DNA of 64,000 bases from Candidatus Daviesbacteria bacterium (GTDB taxonomy: Bacteria > Patescibacteriota > Microgenomatia > Daviesbacterales > UBA10151), in contig JACPKM010000008.1 of the NCBI GenBank assembly GCA_016187025.1, positions 1,361 through 65,360 of the forward strand. Reading direction: 5' to 3'. Position 1 is the stretch's first letter; each line of letters starts with the position of its first letter. The translations under genes were made by a program, and so were the position numbers. Shown here in pieces: positions 28,272 through 38,556 of this stretch. The notes under the pieces are model-generated. The model had not been told where the DNA came from and searched no databases. It worked only from the letters and a program-made list of their open reading frames with translations.

Positions 28272-29200
28272 CTTTTCTTTACATCATGTTGGCCGAATTG
28301 GCCGCGCATGGCAGAGATAACTTTGTTTCTAAAGCCTTCTGGGGAATCCTCAGGATCATTTCCAGAATTCTCCCTAACTCTGACTGCATCCTCGATGGCC
28401 GGAGTGTTTACCCCTATCTCCTTGGCTACATCCAGTGTCCAATCAGCTTCTCCGGGTACTCTTTTACCAGATCCACCGGATCCAATGCTGGATGATATAT
28501 TGGCAAGCTCCGGATCTTCTTTAAAAGCTTCCCATGCCCATCCTACCAGTCTTGATTCTACAACCGATCTATGCATATAAATATCCAAAAGCTTTATAAA
28601 ATTATATTCAAAAGGTGAGTGCTTTAGAATTGCCAAGCCTTCACCAATCGATTCCATCATGCCGTATTCAATACCATTGTGTACCATTTTGGCAAAGTGA
28701 CCTGCTCCCACAGGGCCCAGATGTTGATATGCATCTGGGGCTGCTACGGCTCTGCAAACTTCTTTAATCCTTTTAAAATCTTCTTCTGACCCGCCAATCA
28801 TTAAACATGCACCAGCTCTTGCTCCCCCTGGGCCTCCCGAAACTCCAATGTCCATAAAGTGCACGAGTGTGGTTTTAACTTTTTCATACCTTCTTAAAGT
28901 ATCTTTATAGAAGGAATTCGCGCCTTCAATGATTAGATCACCTGGTTCTAAAAGAGGTAATAATTTGTTAATAACCTCATCAATTGCTTCACCAGCAGTT
29001 AGCATTAACCAAATAGTCCTAGGAGCTTCTAATTTAGAAACTAAATCTTCAATACTTTCTGCACCGGTTGCACCAGCAACAACTACTTCTTGTATGGGTC
29101 CGGAGGATCTGTTCCATGCTACCACCTCCTGACCTTGTTCAAGAAGCCTTAGCACCATATTTTTGCCCATTCTTCCTAAACCAATATACCCAATCTTCAT
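28268..29200 (-). CDS. gnd: 6-phosphogluconate dehydrogenase, short (Gnd-like / YqeC) form
   Basis: N-terminal IGLGRMGKNMVLRL Rossmann. 310 aa, typical of the decarboxylating short form. Confidence 0.7.
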   Translation of the reverse strand: MKIGYIGLGRMGKNMVLRLLEQGQEVVAWNRSSGPIQEVVVAGATGAESIEDLVSKLEAPRTIWLMLTAGEAIDEVINKLLPLLEPGDLIIEGANSFYKDTLRRYEKVKTTLVHFMDIGVSGGPGGARAGACLMIGGSEEDFKRIKEVCRAVAAPDAYQHLGPVGAGHFAKMVHNGIEYGMMESIGEGLAILKHSPFEYNFIKLLDIYMHRSVVESRLVGWAWEAFKEDPELANISSSIGSGGSGKRVPGEADWTLDVAKEIGVNTPAIEDAVRVRENSGNDPEDSPEGFRNKVISAMRGQFGQHDVKKS

Positions 29201-29244
29201 GTCAACTACATTACAAAAATTTCCGTGGTATTACAAGATAGAAA

Positions 29245-29889
29245 CTAGCTCTCTAATTCAGTATAAACAACCAGTCTTTGAGAATAGTTTCTGGTATTTT
29301 GGTTAAATACACCGTCACATGTTATTAAATTCAGCCTTGGTTTATCAGTACTTGCAAATACTTGCTCCAGAGGCACTTGGTCAAAAGCATAGATTGTTTT
29401 ATTTACTACCACAAAAACTCTTCTATTCCCTTCCTGATCTTCCACAATAACCTGGTCACCTGCAACTAAGCTACTTAAGTAAAAAAACACCGCTGGCGCT
29501 CCAGTGACATCATCAAAATGACCAGCCAAAACTGCACTTCCTTTCTCACCTGGTCTAAACCCCAGTTGATACCAAGCTACATTTGCAGCAACCTTGGGTA
29601 TATCCATCCTTCCTAGGGTATCTTGCCCCACATGCTCAACAGCTGCGTACACATTTAATTTAGGAATTGATACAACTGCAGGAATTATTGCCTGTTGCTG
29701 GGTTTGACTTTGGTTTTCTACTATAGATTCATTAGGTTGGGCCTCAGGAGATGAGTTTAAAAAAGTTGTCTCGTTACCTACAAATAACAGTCCCCCCACT
29801 ATACCTATAACTGCAAATACAGCAACTAAAATTGCGTTTTTAATGTTTTGCATAAACTCATGAATTTGGCGGGCACTGCAATTTTTCAA
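29245..29889 (-). CDS. Sortase-family transpeptidase
   Basis: N-terminal TM, conserved His (LAGH), TLxTC-like NLITC, downstream Arg (RLVVY). Confidence 0.6.
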   Translation of the reverse strand: MKNCSARQIHEFMQNIKNAILVAVFAVIGIVGGLLFVGNETTFLNSSPEAQPNESIVENQSQTQQQAIIPAVVSIPKLNVYAAVEHVGQDTLGRMDIPKVAANVAWYQLGFRPGEKGSAVLAGHFDDVTGAPAVFFYLSSLVAGDQVIVEDQEGNRRVFVVVNKTIYAFDQVPLEQVFASTDKPRLNLITCDGVFNQNTRNYSQRLVVYTELES

Positions 29890-29911
29890 GCACCCGCCAA
29901 AAAATTATCTT

Positions 29912-30121
29912 TTATCCACCCATTCCGGTTGATGGCGCGCCGGTTGGCACATTAGTTGCACCCGGAGTAGTTGTTGGCCTTGGGGTTGTAGTTGCCCTTG
30001 GTGATGCGGTTGGTGATGGACTTGCTGTTGGGCTAGGCGTCACCTGTGCCAAAGCTATTCCCAGTGTTGCTATAAAAGCGGTTGCTAAGGTCCCTGCTGC
30101 AATTAAGCCTTTTTGTAACAT
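29912..30121 (-). CDS. Small secreted Pro/Thr-rich peptide
   Basis: Signal peptide plus (SPTA/TTTPRP)n, ending NVPTGAPSTGMGG. 22 bp upstream of the sortase. Confidence 0.35.
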   Translation of the reverse strand: MLQKGLIAAGTLATAFIATLGIALAQVTPSPTASPSPTASPRATTTPRPTTTPGATNVPTGAPSTGMGG

Positions 30122-30251
30122 TTATTTATCACCTCCTTTTCGTAGGTAGTCTTAGATTCTATTCGATAGAGGTTATAGTAGTTTAAAAAGGCAGTAAGAT
30201 TTTGATAATAATTAATGCAAGTATTCTTACACGATTATTACTCAATGTTTA

Positions 30252-32450
30252 CTAGATCCGGGAGCCATGACCAGAATTATCCTCTCTGTTTTTACGGCCG
30301 TTTCCTTTTCTTTTGTCATCTCTCTCGTCTGAAAAGCTATCAGGAGTTTGACTATTTAATTGCGGATTAGTACTACCTGCTGGTTTTGGGGAAGGGCTCG
30401 GTCCAATTGAAAAGTTGCAATACCCAGTTGGTTCGGTACCTGGCAAGAAATATTCTATACTTGCTGAAGGTGTAGCAGTATTTTGACATACAGCAAGCTT
30501 AACAAGTCCTGATGGCGGGGTGAACACTTCTTTTGGTAATTCTTTTGCAAACTTTTCCATTAAATCTTTCCAAATTGGGGCTGCTCCTAGAGAACCGGCA
30601 ATTCCGCTCATAGGCCTATTATCGTTGTTACCTACCCATACCCCTACAACTACATTTGGCAAGTAACCGATAGTCCAAGCATCCTTATAATCCTCAGTAG
30701 TTCCAGTTTTAACTGCTGCTGGGAAAGATGAATCCAGTGAATTTCCAAATATTTCCTTTCTTGCTTTGGAATCAGAAAGTATGGAGGATACTATAAAAGC
30801 TGGTTGGGCATCTACTACTTTTACCGGATCCTTCTCAGATTTAAAAATAAGTTTTTCCCCTTTATCTTCAATCCTTAAAATTAGTACTGGATCATTTCTA
30901 ACTCCTTGGTTTGCCAAAACTGCATAAGCATCCACCATATCCAAAAGCCTAACCTCAGCTGTACCAAGTATGAGAGATAATCCATAATTTGATGGGTCTT
31001 TTAAGCTTGTTATCCCCATTTTTTTAGCCATTTCTATACCATTTTCGACTCCCACTTTTTCCATAACCTCAACTGAGGGCACATTCAAAGAGTTTGCCAA
31101 AGCTCTCCTTGGCAAAACTGGCCCCCTGAATTTTCGGTCATAGTTTTGTGGCCTGTAATATGCATTTGGATCCTGTCCTAGGGCAGTCAGCGCTGCTTCC
31201 CTAGTAGGATATGAAGACATCAGCTTTTTCTCATCAAAGTTATTAAAGGTCCTTGGCTCATCTCTTAATATTGTAGAGGAGGAAATTAATTTATTGTCAA
31301 ATGCAGCCAAATAAATAATTGGCTTAAAAGCAGAACCAGAAGGCCGCAGGGATGTGGCAACATTAACCTTACCAAACTTATCATCATACCAATCCTTACT
31401 GCCAACCAACACCCTTACCTCACCTGTTTTAGGGTCCATAACAACTGCAGATCCATTGCTGACATTTTGACTTTTTAATAGAGTTACCTGTGAAGCAACA
31501 ACTTCTTCCGCATATTTTTGCCACTCTAAATCAAGGGTTGTATAAACTTTAAATCCGGATCTTGCCACTCTCTCCTCGCCATACTTTTTAACCAGCTCAT
31601 CTCTTACCAGTAATGCAAAATGCGTAGCAGTGGTATTTATATCTTTTTCTGAGGGTACAAGCACGATTTTTTCCCGTTTTGCCCTATCCCTTTCATCGGC
31701 TGGAATATAGCCTTGCTCATACATCCTATCTAGGATGATTTCCTGCCTTTTCTTGGCTTCTTGATAGCCATCAGTAAAAGGATTAAGAGATGAGGGTGAA
31801 GGAAGTAGAGCTGCTATCAATGCTGATTCTGCTAAAGTAAGGTTGTTCACGCCCTTACCAAAATAGGTTTTGGCTGCAGCATCGACTCCGAATGATCCCA
31901 TACCAAAATAGACAGATTTTAAATACATTTCCAGCACTTCATTTTTCTCATACCTGCGGTTAATTTCTTGTGCCAGAACAATTTCCTGGTATTTTCTGAT
32001 AAAGTCTTTTTTAGGTGAAAGTAGTGAGTTTTTAACCAGTTGCTGTGTAATGGTAGATCCACCGTAGTTTATATCTCCGGTTTGAATATTTGCGAAAGCA
32101 GATCGGATAATGGATTTAATAGAAAAACCTGGATGTTTATAAAAATCTTTATCTTCTATGGCAATAATTGCCTGCTGTGTATGCTTGGGAATCATATCAA
32201 GGCTAATATCATCCCTTACTCTCCCTTGATAAAAGGTAAAAAAAGGCTTTCCGGTGCGGTCATAAAGCACTACTCCGGTGTTGTTTTTGTTCATAATAGA
32301 TTTCTTGCTTTGAAGAGTTTGAGCAAAGTAAGCATAGGTAATAATTGGTACAAATGAGAAAAGAAGAATTATGGATACGAATAAAATAAATAATTGGTGT
32401 CTAAATTGGGCAAATAGTACTTTCCTTCCTAATAGTCCTGCAAATTTCAT
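30252..32450 (-). CDS. Class A penicillin-binding protein (bifunctional transglycosylase/transpeptidase, PBP1A-like)
   Basis: GT51 motifs (EDKDFYKHPG, GGSTITQQLVKN). Transpeptidase SxxK (SGSAFKP) and KTGTT. Confidence 0.85.
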   Translation of the reverse strand: MKFAGLLGRKVLFAQFRHQLFILFVSIILLFSFVPIITYAYFAQTLQSKKSIMNKNNTGVVLYDRTGKPFFTFYQGRVRDDISLDMIPKHTQQAIIAIEDKDFYKHPGFSIKSIIRSAFANIQTGDINYGGSTITQQLVKNSLLSPKKDFIRKYQEIVLAQEINRRYEKNEVLEMYLKSVYFGMGSFGVDAAAKTYFGKGVNNLTLAESALIAALLPSPSSLNPFTDGYQEAKKRQEIILDRMYEQGYIPADERDRAKREKIVLVPSEKDINTTATHFALLVRDELVKKYGEERVARSGFKVYTTLDLEWQKYAEEVVASQVTLLKSQNVSNGSAVVMDPKTGEVRVLVGSKDWYDDKFGKVNVATSLRPSGSAFKPIIYLAAFDNKLISSSTILRDEPRTFNNFDEKKLMSSYPTREAALTALGQDPNAYYRPQNYDRKFRGPVLPRRALANSLNVPSVEVMEKVGVENGIEMAKKMGITSLKDPSNYGLSLILGTAEVRLLDMVDAYAVLANQGVRNDPVLILRIEDKGEKLIFKSEKDPVKVVDAQPAFIVSSILSDSKARKEIFGNSLDSSFPAAVKTGTTEDYKDAWTIGYLPNVVVGVWVGNNDNRPMSGIAGSLGAAPIWKDLMEKFAKELPKEVFTPPSGLVKLAVCQNTATPSASIEYFLPGTEPTGYCNFSIGPSPSPKPAGSTNPQLNSQTPDSFSDERDDKRKGNGRKNREDNSGHGSRI

Positions 32451-32523
32451 TCCTTCATTTTAAAGCAGCCACATGCAATTTTTGTAAGAAAAAAAGAATA
32501 GTCGTGTAAATAACATCACCTCC

Positions 32524-33594
32524 TTAATTTGAGTATTTCCAAGTTAGATATTTTGCCTCTAGCTGAAGTTTGGTTAAATTTACCGGCTCCAGTCCTGCTA
32601 CTCTTTCAAAACCTAAATCCAAAAGCCTGGCTGTCCATAGATCCCTTTCATACACTCCAGGCGCACCCAGCAAAACAGCAAATAGCTTCTTTTCAGCCCT
32701 TTGGGATACAACTGTAGTAGTATAGCCTGCATCAGTTGTATTGCCAATCTTAATTCCATTTACCCCGGGATAAACCCCAAGCAATCCGTTCCAGTTATTC
32801 AAATAAAACCTATTTTCATAAGCTGTATTGAAATCCTCATATTCCTTTGCCACAACTTCCGATATATATGGGTATTTTTCTAAGGCATAATTTGCAAGTA
32901 TTGCCAAATCCTCAACACTACTATAGTGATTTTTGTTATCAAATCCCTGGGGATTAGTAAAATGAGTGTTTTTGAGTCCTAGAAATTTTGCTTTTTCATT
33001 CATTGCCTTAATAAAGATATAGTCTCCATACATTTGATCAATGCCTTCTTTGATGACCTCAGCACTATCATTTGCGGAAGATAAAAGCAGAGATTTTAGT
33101 AAAAGTTCCATGTTTACTCTCTCACCTGGTCTAAGCATTATTTTAGTGGGCACCATCCCAGATGCTCTGGCAGAAACCGTAAACTCCTGATTTAATGGAG
33201 CCAGATCTAAGGCAACAACCGCAGTCATAATTTTTGTTATGGAGGCAATAGGCATTTTTTTTGAAAAGTTTTTTTCAGCAATTACCTCACCACTATCCAG
33301 ATCCACCACAGCATAAGCTGAAGCCTGATCATATTCTGCTCCTGCCCTGGTCTCGGAAACAAAACCAGACGATTGCTTTTTTAGCTTAAACTCACTGGCT
33401 GAAATTGTTTCTAACTTTGGCCTGATCTGATCGAAAATATCTATTCTTGACGGAAGGGGACTAACTATTTTCAACTGGTTTCCTATTCCTAGCTTAGGAA
33501 GTGTCACCATTAAAAACACCAGCAAAAAACTAATAACAAAGATTTGCCACCTTCGAATCCCGTGTTTGATAAAATCGGCCACCATCTGATTCAT
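32524..33594 (-). CDS. D-alanyl-D-alanine carboxypeptidase (S11 family, DacA-like)
   Basis: SITKIM (SxxK), SANDSAE (SxN) and a KxG-type third motif (KIGNTTDAGYT). Confidence 0.75.
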   Translation of the reverse strand: MNQMVADFIKHGIRRWQIFVISFLLVFLMVTLPKLGIGNQLKIVSPLPSRIDIFDQIRPKLETISASEFKLKKQSSGFVSETRAGAEYDQASAYAVVDLDSGEVIAEKNFSKKMPIASITKIMTAVVALDLAPLNQEFTVSARASGMVPTKIMLRPGERVNMELLLKSLLLSSANDSAEVIKEGIDQMYGDYIFIKAMNEKAKFLGLKNTHFTNPQGFDNKNHYSSVEDLAILANYALEKYPYISEVVAKEYEDFNTAYENRFYLNNWNGLLGVYPGVNGIKIGNTTDAGYTTTVVSQRAEKKLFAVLLGAPGVYERDLWTARLLDLGFERVAGLEPVNLTKLQLEAKYLTWKYSN

Positions 33595-33598
33595 AAAA

Positions 33599-35086
33599 TT
33601 AATTAGAATATTTGAAAGCTAAACTGGCTACTTTCCATCCGTTTCTGTCTGGATTGACAGGAACCCGGGCTGAAACAAAGTTTCCCTGGCTGGCTAAATT
33701 TGCAATATTATTATCTTTGAAAAATGCTGCCAGAATTTTGGCTGCAACCTCGGGAGTTGATGCAAGCTCAGGGTTTTCAGCCAGCTTATCACCCATACCA
33801 ATCCTTTCTCCCACCAACCGGTAGTTTCTTAAATGGGTTAACTGGATAAACCCTCTGCCAAAATAAAAGCTACCTCCTTCATACCCTAATCTTCGGGCAT
33901 GTAGCTTTCCTTGAATCTCATCTATTGGCTCAAATGTTTCATCGGTTTCATGCTCAACTGTTGCCAGGGTATATGCTAAAACATTGGAATCCAAAATTCC
34001 CTCTTGCTCCAATGCCTTACCTATTATCGGGATATTTCTTCTGGCAGCTTCTCTCCCTTTTTCAGGAACATATGCTGCCAATCTTTCAACAGCCTCACTG
34101 TCTAAAAATACATGCGCAGGTTCGCTGCGACTATCCTCTGTTATTTGCGTTCCTGGAACATATAAAGGGTATCTATCACCGTTTCCATACCAAGCACGTT
34201 CCATAACTAGCTTTTCTGAAGGAACTTTTTGTGAAAAATTATTTATATATGATGAAACCTTTTTCCAGTAACTGCCTTCCTCCGACCCATATACAGGCCT
34301 TGTAGGATTGCCGTCTTTGAATTCCGGCGCAGCAAAACTATCTGCTACCATAAATATTTTGTCGGAAACTGTTGATAAAGCGAAAAGATCAAACCCCTCA
34401 GAATCAGAGGAGCGGATTGCGACTGCCACTATAGAGTCTGCTACCTCCTGATGAATTCTTTGGGTAAATGTGTCAACAAAAAGATTAAATTTTTGCTGAT
34501 AACCGCTATCAAAACCATCTCTAGGTTCAAAATCAACAACTACACCATCAATTCCCAAACCTTTAATCTCATCTACGGATTGTGAAATCAACTGTTCTTG
34601 AGATTGGGGGTTATCTAGAATTGACTCAATATAATCTTTGTTAAATTGGCTCAAAGTTATCAAAACCTTGGTATTAAAATAATGGGCATGCGTAATTAAG
34701 CTTTGGGCCTCATCTTCTCTTATGGTCTGGTAACCCCAGCTGCCGGTATTTATACTCCCATCTTCAAGAACCGGAAAATCAAAATAGGCTATTGCAGAAA
34801 GATTTTCTAAATCTATATATTTGAATCTATTTGGGGCTTGACCGGGTATAAAGCTAAAGTTTTCTGGTGTAGTTTTAACAGATGTGACATTGGAAATTGA
34901 ATTTAGTGATGCTACCAATGGAGAGATAAATCTTTTGGCTGGTTGAACTCCACTTATTAAAACTAGGGCAATAAGTACTAGATCCGCAACTGCTGCTAGA
35001 AAGTATTGCCGTTGCCGGGAGTTTAACCGGCTAAAAAAACCTTCCTTCAGATGATTGTGAAACCCATTCGGCAGAAATAGTTGCAT
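33599..35086 (-). CDS. Membrane-anchored two-domain glycoside hydrolase: GH18-like domain plus C-terminal GH19/lysozyme-like domain
   Basis: GIDGVVVDFEP resembles the GH18 DGxDxDxE catalytic motif. C-terminal YFGRGFIQLTHLRNY resembles the GH19 G-R-G-P-IQLTxxxNY motif. Confidence 0.5.
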   Translation of the reverse strand: MQLFLPNGFHNHLKEGFFSRLNSRQRQYFLAAVADLVLIALVLISGVQPAKRFISPLVASLNSISNVTSVKTTPENFSFIPGQAPNRFKYIDLENLSAIAYFDFPVLEDGSINTGSWGYQTIREDEAQSLITHAHYFNTKVLITLSQFNKDYIESILDNPQSQEQLISQSVDEIKGLGIDGVVVDFEPRDGFDSGYQQKFNLFVDTFTQRIHQEVADSIVAVAIRSSDSEGFDLFALSTVSDKIFMVADSFAAPEFKDGNPTRPVYGSEEGSYWKKVSSYINNFSQKVPSEKLVMERAWYGNGDRYPLYVPGTQITEDSRSEPAHVFLDSEAVERLAAYVPEKGREAARRNIPIIGKALEQEGILDSNVLAYTLATVEHETDETFEPIDEIQGKLHARRLGYEGGSFYFGRGFIQLTHLRNYRLVGERIGMGDKLAENPELASTPEVAAKILAAFFKDNNIANLASQGNFVSARVPVNPDRNGWKVASLAFKYSN

Positions 35087-35230
35087 AGAGCAGCCTTAAG
35101 AGGTTTTTTGGGGGGATGAACTTAAAAAACCTAGCTCAAGTCTGCGGTGCAAACTTTAACAGAATGTAAATTTATTGTCAAATTTTTGTAAGCCTTATCT
35201 GGGGCCTTTTGTCAGAAGTTTGTAAGTGGT

Positions 35231-35455
35231 TTATACATTAACTGTACTTATTGTATCAAATTCTTCTTCTATAACCTCTGGTATATTTGGCGTTGTTGAA
35301 TAATTTTTAAAAAGTGGCGCTCCCACCCTAATAAACCATATTCCTATAATTGCTAAAATTAACATTCCAAGCAAAAAAATCATTAATATCTTTTGATCAA
35401 TATCTTCTTTTTTTATTACTTGGGTATGGATAGAGCCAGCAGTTATTGTACTCAT
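35231..35455 (-). CDS. Small membrane protein, hypothetical
   Basis: 74-aa ORF with one TM helix. Confidence 0.3.
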   Translation of the reverse strand: MSTITAGSIHTQVIKKEDIDQKILMIFLLGMLILAIIGIWFIRVGAPLFKNYSTTPNIPEVIEEEFDTISTVNV

Positions 35456-35607
35456 ACTACTTTTATTCTCCCACCAGAAATTATAGCTTGGCTTGTTATA
35501 GCATTCGATAAAATATTTGCCAGTGTAATAGGGCTTTTTTTACCATCTTTTTTAAGTTTTTCAATAAAGCTTTTTTTATGTCTTAGTATTTTTAGCATAA
35601 GTATATA

Positions 35608-35862
35608 TTAATATTTTGGCAAAATTGCTCTTGATAAAAATAGCAGTCCTGCTGCGCCAATCATGCCTATGGCAAATGATGCAAAGTTAATACCTAACAA
35701 ATCAACACCAAAGATAATATTTCCTAAAAAACCCCCTGCAAATGCCCCTAAAACTCCTAAAATAATTGCCCCTAGTGCACCTCCACTAGATGGTTGTGGA
35801 TCAATAATGTGAGAGATAAGCCCAATTATAGTCCCAAATATAATTACTACTAACAGATTCAT
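35608..35862 (-). CDS. GlsB/YeaQ/YmgE-family transglycosylase-associated membrane protein
   Basis: GAIILGVLGAFAGGFLGNIIFG signature of the family. Confidence 0.7.
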   Translation of the reverse strand: MNLLVVIIFGTIIGLISHIIDPQPSSGGALGAIILGVLGAFAGGFLGNIIFGVDLLGINFASFAIGMIGAAGLLFLSRAILPKY

Positions 35863-35927
35863 TAAATAAAATTTTAGAGCGAAAAAATTATAAAAATAGT
35901 AGATTTAAGTAAGAAGTTAGTAATACC

Positions 35928-37259
35928 CTAAAGCAAGCTCCCGTTTTTGACGCTTAGACAGTCCAGTAAAGCTGCTGCTGACCACGCTTGGTATTTGCAG
36001 CTTGTTTGCCCTGTAGTTGAAAGGTATTCGCAAAACCCATCTTCATTTTTAATATATACCTCAATTGGACAGTTAAAAAAAGTTATGGGGATAAGTGTGG
36101 CTTCTTTTAACAAGCGGGCTTGAGCAAAAAAGCCAAAATTTTCCAATCCTTCAATTACCATGCCATTCAGCACCGGCCAAAAACTGCCATTATGATAGGA
36201 ATCTTTATTGGGATTAAAGGTAGCAGCTTCAGAGCTCATTGTCCTTATTCCTGCATCAGATACAAACAAATCCGCCATAAATGCTCTCTGGACAAAATCA
36301 TTAATATATTTTTTATCTAAAATGCACTCTACCTGATTTCCATTTATGTATGCAGCCCACAAGCAAAGCATTGGGTTTCCTGTAACTGTTTTAATCTGTT
36401 TGTTTCTTCCATCAAGAGCCTGTGCACCATAAAATAAACCTATATCCCTTAATATAAATTCTTTATTAAACCTGGTTTTTAACTTGCCCGCTTGAGAATA
36501 AATCTTGCTTGCAAATTCGGGGTGAGACAGTGTAAAAAAGTCCCCCCAAAGCATTAAAGCAAGCCATGTATAGCTTTGTGCCTCAATTGGAGCAATCGGA
36601 TACTCAGGCATATTACCATTTACATCAGCAATTGACTCAACTGAATCAGTCCAGGACTGAACTCTCAGTCCTCCGAATTTTCTAATTGCCGGAAAGTCAT
36701 ATTCAACAAAAAGATCTTTATCCATATCCCCATAAGAAATGATCCAATTCAACCCCTCCTCAACAGAGGGAAGAACTGACTCTAAAAAAAGACGGTCTTT
36801 GGTAATTTGGTAGTATTTATAAATTGCAATCAAAGTCAAGGGAGTTGAGTCTATTGAATCATAGTTTTTTAATATTCCCTCTGAGTGAATAAACCAGGGT
36901 GTATCAGACTTTAAGAACCTTTCCAGCTGTTTGGGGTCTTTTCGGAATTCATGAATAAATTTACCCGGTTGCTCACCTGTATCTATGTGGAACTCTTTGC
37001 CTTGTAAAGAAACTAAAGTTAATAAAGCTTTCCGGCAAATGTCCAGCAAATTCAGGGTTGAGTCAGATTGAACCGCTCTTAATATTTTTAAAATTGTGAT
37101 AGCACTATCCCGTCCGAATATACACCCATAAACCTCATCTTTACTGGAAGCGTTAATTCCTTCATCCGTAGAAAGCTCTAAAATTGAGCGGTAGGCAAGG
37201 TCGCGGAGATACGAATTGCGGTTGGGCAGAGTATCGTTCATGTTTTGAAAAGATACCAC
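35928..37259 (-). CDS. (alpha/alpha)6-barrel glycoside hydrolase, amylo-alpha-1,6-glucosidase (GDE_C)/GH63-like
   Basis: CIFGRDSAITIL block and overall size (443 aa) are consistent with GDE_C/GH63-type hydrolases. Weak. Confidence 0.45.
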   Translation of the reverse strand: MVSFQNMNDTLPNRNSYLRDLAYRSILELSTDEGINASSKDEVYGCIFGRDSAITILKILRAVQSDSTLNLLDICRKALLTLVSLQGKEFHIDTGEQPGKFIHEFRKDPKQLERFLKSDTPWFIHSEGILKNYDSIDSTPLTLIAIYKYYQITKDRLFLESVLPSVEEGLNWIISYGDMDKDLFVEYDFPAIRKFGGLRVQSWTDSVESIADVNGNMPEYPIAPIEAQSYTWLALMLWGDFFTLSHPEFASKIYSQAGKLKTRFNKEFILRDIGLFYGAQALDGRNKQIKTVTGNPMLCLWAAYINGNQVECILDKKYINDFVQRAFMADLFVSDAGIRTMSSEAATFNPNKDSYHNGSFWPVLNGMVIEGLENFGFFAQARLLKEATLIPITFFNCPIEVYIKNEDGFCEYLSTTGQTSCKYQAWSAAALLDCLSVKNGSLL

Positions 37260-37289
37260 ATCTGATTAATTAGTCAAGGACCCAAATTA

Positions 37290-38438
37290 TCAGCTGATTT
37301 CATGTGCGTACGCAGTTTCTATTGTTTTAGGTTTGCGGGAAACAGCTAGTTTTTTTAATCTGACTATTTCTCTGTAAACTTTCTCATACTTATCTGTCAT
37401 CTGAATATCATTGAAGTTTTTCAGAGCATATTGTCTACAAGCTCTTCTATCAATTGAATCAATATTTAAAATAGCATCGATCATTCCATTTAAATCACTC
37501 ACCACAAACCCGGTTTTACCATCATTAACTATTTCCGGAACCGATCCTAATCCAAAAGCAACAACCGGGCATCCTGTAGCCATAGCCTCAATCATAACCA
37601 GTCCAAAAGGCTCTCTAAAGGTGATCGGATGAAGCAAACACATTGCCTTACTCATCAACTTATTTCTCTCCTGCTCATCTACCTCACCTACAAATATAAT
37701 CTGGTCTGAAAGCAATGGCTCTATATATTCCTTAAAATAGACAACATCCTCTGGAACGTTTTTAATACTGTTTAGCTTGGCTGCAATAATGAGGGGAATA
37801 TTCAGATATTGTGCCACCTCAATTGCAAAGTGCACCCCCTTTTCCCGTGATATCCTCCCTACAAAAAGCAAATAACTGTCATGTTTTTCAGAAAATGGAT
37901 AGTTTCTCATGTTTAGACCATGATACACATTGGCAATGTAGTTTAAATTTGGTGCAGGATAGGCTTGGGATTTTGAAACCGTGACAAGATAAGGATTTCT
38001 TAAGCTGTCAAATATCTTTTTTTCATATACACTAATTGGCCCATGCAAAGTCATTACTACCGGAGTCTGGGAAATATTTGCAGTTGGCAGTGACCAGCAT
38101 TTGATTGTATGATCGTGGATAACATCAAACTGGTTTTGTAAACTATATGCAAAGCCAATATGGTGCATAGTCATCAAATTTGGACCAAATGCATCTTCCA
38201 GCTTGGCTGCAGTTAGTGCCTTTGGGTATAAAGACACAAGTCTGGCAGAAGTTGAGGAATCACCGCTTGCAAACAATGTCACCTCATGGCCACGCCTTAC
38301 CAACTCTTCTGTTAAGGCGTAAATGACCCTCTCAGTCCCTCCGTATTTGACAGGAGGAACCCGTTCTGCAATAGGGGCAATTATACCAATCCTTAATGGT
38401 CTATTATTACCATCTGAGTTTTTTTGCTTTTTTTGCAT
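37290..38438 (-). CDS. GT4-family glycosyltransferase
   Basis: GT-B fold with C-terminal EX7E motif (REPFGLVMIEAMATGCPVVA). Confidence 0.75.
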   Translation of the reverse strand: MQKKQKNSDGNNRPLRIGIIAPIAERVPPVKYGGTERVIYALTEELVRRGHEVTLFASGDSSTSARLVSLYPKALTAAKLEDAFGPNLMTMHHIGFAYSLQNQFDVIHDHTIKCWSLPTANISQTPVVMTLHGPISVYEKKIFDSLRNPYLVTVSKSQAYPAPNLNYIANVYHGLNMRNYPFSEKHDSYLLFVGRISREKGVHFAIEVAQYLNIPLIIAAKLNSIKNVPEDVVYFKEYIEPLLSDQIIFVGEVDEQERNKLMSKAMCLLHPITFREPFGLVMIEAMATGCPVVAFGLGSVPEIVNDGKTGFVVSDLNGMIDAILNIDSIDRRACRQYALKNFNDIQMTDKYEKVYREIVRLKKLAVSRKPKTIETAYAHEIS

Positions 38439-38556
38439 AAAAAGATTTCAAAAAATCCTTAGATTATTCAACTGGGGCAGTAAGCAGTATAAAAAAATGA
38501 TAAAAAATAGAAGCTTTTATCAACTCTTGCACTGCCTCGAGCATTTTATCCATTGC

